DNA from: Macrostomum lignano
Taxonomy: Eukaryota
NCBI GenBank assembly: GCA_002269645.1
Contig: NIVC01000475.1
Span: 124,001-188,000, forward strand
Direction: 5' to 3'
Length of the DNA: 64,000 nucleotides
The position numbers and the translations under genes are program-made. The notes beneath the pieces are model-generated. The model saw only the letters and a list, made by a program, of their open reading frames with translations, was not told the DNA's origin and did not search any database. Of the stretch, positions 13,901 through 25,900 are shown one piece after another (the stretch's first letter is position 1; the number at the start of each line of letters is the position of its first letter).

Positions 13901-16900
13901 TCCATTAAGAACCGGCCATAAAAACTCCATTAAGAACCGGCCATAAAAACTCCATTAAGAACCTGCCATAAAAACTCCATAAAAACCGGCCTTCAAAACT
14001 CCATTAAGAACCTGCCATAAAAACTCCATTAAGAACCGGCCTTCAAAACTCCATTAAGAACCGGCCATAAAAACTCCATTAAGAACCTGCCATAAAAACT
14101 CCATTAAGAACCGGCCATCAAAACTCCATTAAGAACCTGCCATAAAAACTCCATTAAGAACCAGCCTTCAAAACTTCATTAAGAACCGGCAATCAAAACT
14201 CCATTAAGAACCGGCCATCAAAACTCCATTAAGAACCAGCCTTCAAAACTTCATTAAGAGCCGGCCTTCAAAAGTTTATTGATAACCGGCCTTCAAAACT
14301 TCATTAGGAACTGGCCTTTAAAAGTTTATTGAGAACCGGCCTTCAAAACTCCATTAAGAACCGGCCATAAAAACTCCATTAAGAACCGGCCTTCAAAACT
14401 TCATAAAAAACCAGCCTTCAAAACTTCATTAAGAACCGGCCTTCAAAACTCCATTAAGAACCGGCCTTCAAAACTTCATTAAGAACCGGCCTTCAAAACT
14501 TCATTAAGAACCGGCCTTCAAAACTTCATTAAGAACCGGCAATCAAAACTCCATTAAGAACCGGCCATCAAAACTCCATTAAGAACCGGCCTTCAAAACT
14601 TCATAAAAAACCGGCCTTCAAAACTCCATTAAGAACCGGCCTTCAAAACTTCATTAAGAACCGGCCTTCAAAACTTCATTAAGAACCGGCCTTCAAAACT
14701 CCATTAAGAACCGGCCTTCAAAACTCCATTAAGAACCGGCCTTCAAAACTTCATCAAGAACCGGCCTTCAAAACTTCATTAAGAACCGGCCATCAAAACT
14801 CCATTAAGAACCGGCTTTCAAAACTTCATCAAGAACCGGCCTTCAAAACTTCATTAAGAACCGGCCTTCAAAACTCCATTAAGAACCGGCCTTCAAAACT
14901 TCATCAAGAACCGGCCTTTAAAACTTCATTAAGAACCGGCCATCAAAACTCCATTAAGAACCGGCCTTCAAAACTTCACCAAGAACCGGCCTTCAAAACT
15001 TCATTAAGAACCGGCCTACAAAACTTCATTATAAATCGGCCTTCAAAAGTTTATTGAGAACCAGAATTCTAAAGTTTATTGAGAATCGATCTTAAGAGCA
15101 TATTCAAAATCACTCTAGCAGTCGCCGTTTAACCAGCGTTATCTTACCTAAAGTGCATCTCAGTCCTTAAAAAGTCGCTTCTTGACCGCTGCCCGCCAGC
15201 TGCTGTCTAAAAAAGGCTTTCGCATCAACGTGGAGAAAGGCGCCGGAGTTGGCGCCGAATTTCTCGACGGCGACTTTCAACAGAACGGCGCCAGCATCGT
15301 CGACCAGATGGCCGCTTTCCAATCGGACATTGTGCTGAAGGTTAGGGCTCCGTCAACCTCGGAGGTCGACTTGCTGAAGCCCGGCAACACTCTGGTTTCG
15401 TTTCTGTACCCGGCGCAGAATACCGACCTGATCAAGGCGCTGCAGACCAAAGGCGGCAACGTCATCGCCATGGACTGCGTGCCCAGGATCTCCCGAGCCC
15501 AGGTGTTCGACGCCCTGTCCTCCATGGCCAACATTGCCGGTGAGAGCTGTGCGGATTATATTGGCCCCAATTCTACTTGAGAATCGCCCCCGATTCTACC
15601 TGAGAATCGCCCCCAATTCTACCTGAGAGTCGCCCCCAAACCTACCTGAGAGTCGCCTCCAAACCTACCTGAGAATCGCCCCAATTCTACCTGAGAATCG
15701 CCCCCAATTCTACCTGAGAGTCGCCCCCAAACCTACCTGAGAGTCGCCCCCAAACCTACCTGAGAATCGCCCCCAATTCTACCAGAGAGTCGCCCCCAAA
15801 CCTACCTGAGAATCGCCCCCAATTCTACCTGAGAGTCGCCCCCAAACCTACCTGAGAATCGCCCCCAATTCTACCTGAGAGTCGCCTCCAAACCTACCTG
15901 AGAATCGCCCCCAATTCTACCTGAGAGTCGCCTCCAAACCTACCCGAGAATCGCCCCCAATTCTACCTGAGATTCGCCTCCAAACCTACCTGAGAATCGC
16001 CCCCAATTCTACCTGAGAGTCGCCTCCAAACCTACCCGAGAATCGCCCCCAATTCTACCTGAGAGTCGCCTCCAAACCTACCCGAGAATCGCCCCCAATT
16101 CTACCTGAGAGTCGCCTCCAAACCTACCTGAGAATCGCCCCCAATTCTACCTGAGAGTCACCCCCAAACCTACCTGAGAATCGCCCCCAATTCTACCTGA
16201 GAGTCGCCTCCAAACCTACCTGAGAATCGCCCCCAAATCTACCTGAGAGTCGCCTCCAAACCTACCTGAGAATCGCCCCCAATTCTACCTGAGAGTCGCC
16301 CCCAATTCTACCTGAGAATCGCCCCCAATTCTACCTGAGAATCGCCCCCAATTCTACCTGAGAGTCGCCCCCAAACCTACCTGAGAATCGCCCCCAATTC
16401 TACCTGAGAGTCGCCCCCAAACCTACCTGAGAATCGCCCCTAATTCTACCTGAGAGTCGCCTCCAAACCTACCTGAGAATCGCCCCCAATTCTACCTGAG
16501 AGTCGCCCCCAAACCTACCTGAGAATCGCCCCCAATTCTACCTGAGAGTCGCCTCCAAACCTACCTGAGAATCGCCCCCAATTCTACCTAAGAGTCGCCT
16601 CCAAACCTACCTGAGAATCGCCCCAATTCTACCTGAGAGTCGCCTCCAAACCTACCTGAGAATCGCCCCCAATTCTACCTAAGAGTCGCCTCCACACCTA
16701 CCTGAGAATCGCCCCAATTCTACCTAAGAGTCGCCTCCAAACCTACCTGAGAATCGCCCCAATTCTACCTGAGAATCGCCCCCAATTCTACCTGAGAGTC
16801 GCCCCCAAACCTACCTGAGAGTCGCCCCCAAACCTACCTGAGAATCGCCCCCAATTCTACCTGAGAGTCGCCCCCAAACCTACCTGAGAATCGCCCCCAA

Positions 16901-19900
16901 TTCTACCTGAGAGTCGCCCCCAAACCTACCTGAGAATCGCCCCCAATTCTACCTGAGAGTCGCCTCCAAACCTACCTGAGAATCGCCCCCAATTCTACCT
17001 GAGAGTCGCCTCCAAACCTACCCGAGAATCGCCCCCAATTCTACCTGAGAGTCGCCTCCAAACCTACCCGAGAATCGCCCCCAATTCTACCTGAGATTCG
17101 CCTCCAAACCTACCTGAGAATCGCCCCCAATTCTACCTGAGAGTCGCCTCCAAACCTACCCGAGAATCGCCCCCAATTCTACCTGAGAGTCGCCTCCAAA
17201 CCTACCTGAGAATCGCCCCCAATTCTACCTGAGATTCGCCTCCAAACCTACCCGAGAATCGCCCCCAATTCTACCTGAGAGTCGCCTCCAAACCTACCTG
17301 AGAATCGCCCCCAATTCTACCTGAGAGTCGCCTCCAAACCTACCCGAGAATCGCCCCCAATTCTACCTGAGATTCGCCTCCAAACCTACCTGAGAATCGC
17401 CCCCAATTCTACCTGAGAGTCGCCTCCAAACCTACCCGAGAATCGCCCCCAATTCTACCTGAGAGTCGCCTCCAAACCTACCCGAGAATCGCCCCCAATT
17501 CTACCTGAGAGTCGCCTCCAAACCTACCTGAGAATCGCCCCCAATTCTACCTGAGAGTCGCCTCCAAACCTACCCGAAAATCGCCCCCAATTCTACCTGA
17601 GAATCGCCCCCAAACCCACCTGAGAATCGCCCCCAAACCCACCTGAGAATCGTCACTAAACCCACCTGAGAATCGCCCCCAAACCCACCTGAGAATCGTC
17701 ACTAAACCCACCTGAGAATCGCCCCCAAACCCACCTGAGAATCGTCACTAAACCTACCTGAGAATCGCCCCACACCTACCTGAGAATCGCCCCCAAACCT
17801 ACCTGAGAATCGCCACTAAATCACCTCTTACCCCACCCAGGCTACAAGGCGGTCGTCCTCGCCGCCAACAATTTCGGCCGATTTTTCGCCGGCCAGATCA
17901 CTGCGGCTGGCAAGATCCCGCCGGCCAAAGTGCTGGTCATTGGCGGCGGCGTGGCCGGCTTGTCATCCATTGGCGCGGCCAAAAATATGGGGGCTATTGT
18001 CAGGGCCTTCGACACCAGGGCTGCCGTTAAAGAGCAGGTGCGTTTGTATTGTCTTGGGGTATGTTATGTTGTGTGCAGGTAAAATAAAATTGTTGGCAAT
18101 ATTCTTAGTTCAAATAGGGATTTGTACAGTTTGAATGAGGATTTTTACTGTTTAAATGGGGACTTGTACAATGTGAATGGGGATTTGTACAGTTTGGATG
18201 GGCATTTGTACAGTTTGGATGGGTATTTGTACAGTTTGACTGGAGATTTGTACAGTTTGACTGGAGATTTGTACAGTTTGAATGAGGATTTGTACAGTTT
18301 GAATGGGGATTTGTACAGTTTGAATGAAGATTTGTACAGTTTGACTGGAGATTTGTACAGTTTGACTGGAGATTTGTACAGTTTGAATAGAGATTTGTAC
18401 AGTTTGACTGGAGATTTGTACAGTTTGACTGGAGATTTGTACAGTTTGAATGAAGATTTGTACAGTTTGACTGGAGATTTGTACAGTTTGAATGAAGATT
18501 TGTACAGTTTGACTGGAGATTTGTACAGTTTGACTGGAGATTTGTACAGTTTGAATAGAGATTTGTACAGTTTGAATAGGGATTTGTACAGTTTGAATAG
18601 AGATTTGTACAGTTTGAATAGGGATTTGTACAGTTTGAATAGGGATTTGTACAGTTTGAATAGGGATTTGTACAGTTTGAATAGGGATTTGTACAGTTTG
18701 ACTGGAGATTTGTTCAGTTTGAATGGGATTTGTTCAGTTTGAATGGGATTTGCTCAGTTTGAATGAGGATTTTTACAGGTTTAGTGCGGATTTGTACAGT
18801 TCGAATGGGGATTTCTTGCAACTAAAACTAACCCATTCCCCGCAGGTCGAGTCATTCGGCGCGCAGTTCCTGGAGGTGTCGCTGAAGGAGTCGGGCGAAG
18901 GCACGGGTGGCTACGCCAAGGAGATGTCACCGGAGTTCATCAAAGCCGAGATGGAGCTGTTCGCCAAGCAGTGCCGCGAAATCGACATCCTCATCACCAC
19001 CGCGCTGATCCCCGGCAAGCCGGCTCCCAAGCTCATCTCCCGCGAGATGGTCGAGTCCATGAAGCCTGGCTCCGTCGTGGTGGACCTGGCCTCCGAGGCC
19101 GGCGGCAACATCGAGACTACGAAGCCTGGCGAGCTGTATAAGTACAAGGATGTGGTGCACATCGGCTACACCGACCTGCCGTCTCGTCTGCCCACTCAGG
19201 TTTCTTTACTGATAGAATTCTAATCCCCTTGCTCAGAATCCTAATCCCCTTGCTCAGAATCCTAATCCCTCTGCTCAGAATCATAATCCCTGTGCTCAGA
19301 ATCCTAATCCCTTTGCTCAGAATCCTAATCCCTCTGCTCAGAAGCCTAATCCCTTTGCTCAGAATCCTAATCCCTCTGCTCAGAAGCCTAATCCCTTTGC
19401 TCAGAATCCTAATCCCTCTGCTCAGAAGCCTAATTCCTATGCTCAGAATCCTGATCACTATGTTCAGTATCATGATCCCTATGCTCAGAATGCTGATCCC
19501 TATGTTCAGAATCGTAGCTAATCTCCAAGCTCAGAAGCTAATCACTAACCTCATAATGCTGATCGCTAAGCTCAGAATGTTATAATCCCTAAGCTCAGGG
19601 TACTAATCCAGGATATCAGGATATCAATCTCAATCCCAAAGATGATGATAAATCCTACCCCTGGACTCGAATTGAAATCCCCAATTCCCCTATTGCTCAG
19701 GCTAGCACTCTGTACGCCAACAACGTGTCCAAACTGCTGCTGTCTATGGGAGCCAAGGACCACTTTTATTTGGACATGAACGACGAAGTTGTCCGCGGCT
19801 CCTGCGTCATCGACTCCGGCAAGCTCATCTGGCCGCCGCCGCCGCCGCCGGCTCCGCCCGCTGGCGCTGCAGCTCCAGCAGCCAAGGCGCCCACACCGAA

Positions 19901-22900
19901 GGAGCTGGAAGCCAAGGAGCCCGACTACTTTGGCGACACGTTGAAAAGTGCAAGCGCCTACGGTGCTGGGTTGGGCACCCTGCTCGGTCTGGGCTACGTG
20001 TCACCCAATGCCGCCTTCTCTGGAATGGTGAGTCGGTTAGAAGGGTTTTTCACTAGCTTTGTCCCTGAAGTTTTCAGTGTTCCTGATGTTTTCAGTGTCC
20101 CTGAAGTTACCAGTGTCCCTGAAGTTACCAGTGTCCCTGAAGTTATCAGTGTCCCTGAAGTTACCAGTGTCCCTGAAGTTGTCAGTGTCCCTGAAGTTGT
20201 CAGTGTCCTCTGAAGTTATCAGTGTCCCTGAAGTTATCAGTGTCCCTGAAGTTGTCAGTGTCCCTGAAGTTATCAGTGTCCCTGAAGTTACCAGTGTCCT
20301 CTGAAGTTATCAGTGTCCCTGAAGTTACCAGTGTCCTCTGAAGTTATCAGTGTCCCTGAAGTTATCAGTGTCCCTGAAGTTACCAGTGTCCTCTGAAGTT
20401 ATCAGTGTCCCTGAAGTTACCAGTGTCCTCTGAAGTTATCAGTGTCCCTGAAGTTATCAGTGTCCCTGAAGTTACCAGTGTCCTCTGAAGTTATCAGTGT
20501 CCCTGAAGTTATCAGTGTCCCTGAAGTTACCAGTGTCCCTGAAGTTATCAGTGTCACTGAAGTTACCAGTGTCCTCTGAAGTTATCAGTGTCCCTGAAGT
20601 TACCAGTGTCCCTGAAGTTATCAGTGTCCCTGAAGTTACCAGTGTCCCTGAAGTTATCAGTGTCCCTGAAGTTACCAGTGTCCTCTGAAGTTATCAGTGT
20701 CCCTGAAGTTACCAGTGTCCCTGAAGTTATCAGTGTCCCTGAAGTTACCAGTGTCCCTGAAGTTATCAGTGTCCCTGAAGTTATCAGTGTCCCTGAAGTT
20801 ATCAGTGTACCTGAAGTTATCAGTGTCCTCTGAAGTTACCAGTGTCCCTGAAGTTACCAGTGTCCCTTAAGTTATGTTTCCCTGAAGTTTAAAAAAATTA
20901 ATTAGTGTTATACTTAAATTATATACGAAAATACTCTTGCATTTCTACTTATAAGTAGTCACTAAGCGTCAATTAAAAAGCGCCAAAACTTTCTTCAATT
21001 TCGCCTCAGCTGACCACATTCTCGCTGTCGACCATCGTTGGCTACCACACTGTCTGGGGCGTCACCCCGGCCCTGCACAGCCCCCTGATGAGCGTGACCA
21101 ACGCCGTTTCCGGCATCACGGCAGTTGGCGGCCTCCTGCTGATGGGCGGCGGCCTGACGCCATCGAATGTGCCGCAGTCGCTCGGCGCAGTGGCTGCCTT
21201 CATCTCCAGCATCAACATCGGCGGCGGCTTCTTGGTTACCCAGCGAATGTTGGACATGTTCAAGCGGCCTACTGATCCGCCCGAGTTCAACTATTTGTAC
21301 CTGGTGCCCGGGGCCACGCTGGTTGGCGGCTACGGCGCTCTGCTGTACCAGGGCGGCGGTCACGACCTGCACCAGCTGGCTTATCTGGGCTCCTCGCTCT
21401 GCTGCGTTGGGGCGCTGACCGGACTGAGCTCGCAGAAGACCTGCCGCCTGGGTGAGCGGGGTTGCTGTTGATCTGTTGGCAGGTAGGGAATGGCTGATTG
21501 ACGGGTAGGGAATAGTTGATTGACAGGTAGGGAATGGCTGATTGACGGGTAGAGAATGGTTGATTGACAGGTAGGGAATGGCTGATTGACGGGTAGAGAA
21601 TGGTTGATTGACGGGTAGGGAATGGTTGATTGACAGGTAGGGAATGGCTGATTGACGGGTAGGGAATGGCTGATTGACGGGTAGAGAATGGTTGATTGAC
21701 GGGTAGGGAATGGTTGATTGACAGGTAGGGAATGGCTGATTGACGGGTAGAGAATGGTTGATTGACAGGTAGGGAATGGCTGATTGACGGGTAGAGAATG
21801 GTTGATTGACAGGTAGGGAATGGCTGATTGACGGGTAGAGAATGGTTGATTGACAGGTAGGGAATGGCTGATTGACGGGTAGAGAATATTGATTGACAGG
21901 TAGGGAATGGCTGATTGACAGGTAGGGAATGGTTGATTGACATGTTGGGAATGATAGATTGTCAGGTAGGGAATCGTAGATTGTCAGGTAGGAATGGTTG
22001 ATTGACGAGTAGAGTATTATTGATTGACAGGTTGATTTATTGACAGGTTGATAGGTTGATCTCAAATGGTTGATTGACGGGTCGGGAATGGTTGATTAAA
22101 AAAGTTAGATAATAATTGACAGTTGAGAATTGATGAATTGATAGATAGGGATGATTGATTGACAGATAGGAATGATTAATTGGCAGGTAGGGATAGTTGA
22201 TTGACAGGTATGGATGGTTGATTGACAGGTACGCTAGTTCAGATTGGCAGTCTGCAAGCAAGCCCTAACACCCCGCTCCCACCCCACCCGCAGGCAACGC
22301 ACTCGGCATGATCGGCGTGTCTGGCGGAGTGACGGCCACCCTTGGCATCCTGCAGCCCGAGCCGTCGGTGCTGGCCCAGATGGGCGCCGTCTGCCTGACC
22401 GGCGCCAGCATCGGCGGAGTCATGGCCAAGCGGATGGAGGTGACGGACCTGCCGCAGATGGTGGCCCTGTTCCACAGCCTGGTGGGCGCCGCCGCTGTCA
22501 TCACCTGCGTGGCCACCTACATTCACGAGCAGCCGCACTTTGCCGCTGGCGACACCGCCGCTGCCAACCTGTTGAAGACTGTCGCCTTTCTTGGTACCTA
22601 CATTGGCGGCGTGACCTTCACCGGCTCCCTGGTGGCATTCGGCAAGCTGCAAGGCCTGCTGAAGTCCGAGCCGCTGATGCTGCCCGGTCGCAACGCCCTG
22701 AATGCCTCCATGTTCGGCGCCAGCCTGGCTTCTGGCGGCGCTCTGGTGGCCCTGCCCGAGATGAGCTCCGGCCTGGCTGCCCTGGCCGCCACGACTGGCC
22801 TGTCCTCCGTGATGGGCGTCACCCTCACCGCTGCCATCGGAGGTGAGTCTGGGGATCCAAGGGCATCCCCGGGTTCGATTCCTGGCGCGTCCTGTCGTTA

Positions 22901-25900
22901 ATTTGAGACTTGTGAATTATCATTTAGCTTGTGCAATGTGCGATGTACAAGGGGTGTGCAATAAGTTTCCGGATGTGTAAAGAAATAGTTAGAGAGCAAC
23001 TGACAGTCATTTTTTCAAGGTACTCTCCAGAAGAGTCTATATGCACCGTTGCATCCTCTCAAAACACTTATTGAAGCAGCCGGACCACTCTGAACTTGGC
23101 ACCCCATTGACATGCTTGATGAAGGCCTTGACTGCAGCTTCCGGCGATGAATAGCGAATGCCACGCATCTTCCGCTTGATTTGCGGAAACTAAAAGAAGT
23201 CGCACGGGGCCGAGTTCTTGAATGTGCTCTGCAGCCAGGAATTCGACCACTTGCCTGGACTTGTGGGCGACCAGTCAGTCGATCGACAACAAAAGCGGTA
23301 ACTCGGACCAATATTCAACCAAATTTCATCGTCTCAGAAGGACGCCATAATCTGATCGATTTTTAACTGAAAATTTAACACACACAAACAAACAAACCAG
23401 ATGAAATTCTAAACGATAACAGTCGTCATACTGCTTGGTTTGCCCCGCTTTGCGGTTGCCGGCGACTTGGCTTTCTGCTGTCGCTTTCGACGCTGTGAAA
23501 TAGCGTCAACGCAGCGTGCGAAAGCGATGCCAAGGTCTTTTCGCCCAATCTCAATTCCGTTGTTGGTCAGATTACTAATTATTATGTCAATTTTAACTTC
23601 ATCTGCGGCATGGCGGATCTCGTCCCCGTTGTAGTGAAAGCATTCGAATAAAGCCACGTAGAAGCAAGCCCATTTTCTTTGCTTTCGTATCAGCGCCGTG
23701 AGCCTCTTTATATTCCTTGATGTTCTTCGACAGCGTGTTGCGATCTACCGAGCGCACGTGCTCTCGGACAAGCTCTCGGATAGTGGCACGAGAAAATTGG
23801 TGACTTAATTTTTCAATCTGGACGGTCTTGCTTTTGGCAGAAAAGCTGCCGCAAAAGCCACTTGCAGATGCCACCGCCGTTTAGCAACAGCCGTTTAGCT
23901 GCTCCAAAGGTGATACGGCATACACCTGTAACTAATTTCAAAGAGGAAACTTTAAAATAACATAAAGCTAGGTCGAAAAGCGCAATAAAATGCATAATTT
24001 AATTAAGGAACTCACCCCTAACAAATCGCTCCTGTGTGCGGGAATACGAGTATTAGCGGCTAATTGAAGTGTGTCTCTTTTGGTGCGAACACCGGGTGAA
24101 GTGCAACCAGCTCGCTGTGCTGCCCGCTTCATGCGGTCGGTGACTTGAACAGAATAGTAGCGGCCTCCTGCAGTCGGTTGCGGCTTCGTTTGTACATAAC
24201 ATTTATCGCAGCCATAGGTGGCGTTGTAACGCTTCACTCCGATTACATCGGCGCGAACTGGGGCATCAAAAATTGCGATCAACGGATGCAAATGCAGACG
24301 CCGCGGTGGTCCGTTTTCGTCAACAACTGTAATTCCCACCTCGCGCAAATCGTTTAGCACAGGAACAACCATCTGGAGAAATTGCGAAGCTTTTAGTTTA
24401 CGTTTTCCCGTCCACAAAGCGCATCTTAAATATGTCATTAACTTTGTTTATGACAAGATAAACGGGATAGACTTCGGCAGGGGATGTCCTCGAAATAGAG
24501 AAACCGTCCGTACACAAAGTTTAACTTAAATCGCGGCGGTCTTGCGGTTGAATTGTCTGCAGAAACCGCTAATATGCTATGCTTCCAGCAAAACTTAGAC
24601 AACCAGGCTTGTACACTAGATCGCAAGGAAATGTTACAAACCGCAGCATATTATATTCTTTGATCATCGTAAGCAATTGCGCGCGAACGTCCAGACCCCA
24701 AAACTTAACAACCGCCGAATGACAATCTGGACAGCACTCGTCAGCTGCTACTACTTCAACGCGGCTCACATTAGACGTACTACACACAAAGTCGCACGTA
24801 GCATTCTTCGGACGAAATGGGCTTTTGCAAGGTTGAATTCCGATAACTTTATCAAGTTGGCGCAGACTTATGGGGACGGAGTTTGCCCTGGTCAGAAGAC
24901 GTTGCAACAGATCAAGCAATCGCTTTTTTGGTTGTCGGCGCAACTTGCTTTTTATGGCGAATTCTTAAATCTCGGTAGCAGCCTGCTTAATGCTTAGACA
25001 GGCACCCAAAAAATGGATTCTCTAGCAGCATGGCATCGTCATCCGATTCATGGTTGGAGTCATCAGTCTCGGATTCGTCAGCGTTGGACTCAATATCGCT
25101 GATGGGGGGGGGCTTGCTCATGATTGGCGTCAGAGTCATCGCTGGACTCATCGCTGATGGGGGCTGCTGCTCATGATTGGCGTCGGAGTCATCGCTGGAC
25201 TCATCGCTGATGGGGGCTGCTGCTCATGATTGGCGTCAGAGTCATCGCTGGACTCATCGCTGATGGGGGGCTGCTGCTCATGATTGGCGTCGGAGTCATC
25301 GCTGGACTCATCGCTGATGGGGAGCTGCTGCTCATGATTGGCGTCAGAGTCATCGCTGATAGGGGGCTGCTGCTCATCATTGGCGGCGGCGTCATCTCTA
25401 GACTGCTGCCTCATTTTCTTTTTAGATTCCCTAAGTCGCTTTTTTGCCGCTTTCTGTTCGTCTGTGGCATCACGGAAGCTGAAGGTATTGAGGAGTAATG
25501 TTGCATCATGATTAAAAAATAAATTATATTACGCAACAATCTAAGTGCCGACTTTTATACAGGAATGCTATGGACACCTACGTTACCCAACTACCAACTT
25601 ATTTAACCGTAGTCGATAAAAAAACAAAGTAACAACTCGAAATTAAGTTCAACATTCATCATTTTTATAATTTAATGAAATTCGGAGGAACACGGATAAA
25701 AAACGGATCAACACAACTCAAGATTCAGTTCGACTTTCATCGTTTTTTAAATGGGCGGCAACTGGGGAGAGCACTTAGAACTTCTGGCAGGCAGTAGTCG
25801 GTACACCAGTTGCCAATGACTGCGCTGCTGCACAAGTGAGACGGTCACAATACATGTAGATGATCAGCTTTCGTCACAAAAACGGCCAACATCTGCTTTG

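Noticed and set aside
19830-19915. Polyproline/Ala-rich stretch in NNT
   Set aside because: Falls in the dI-dII linker, which is Pro/Ala-rich and variable in NNT generally.
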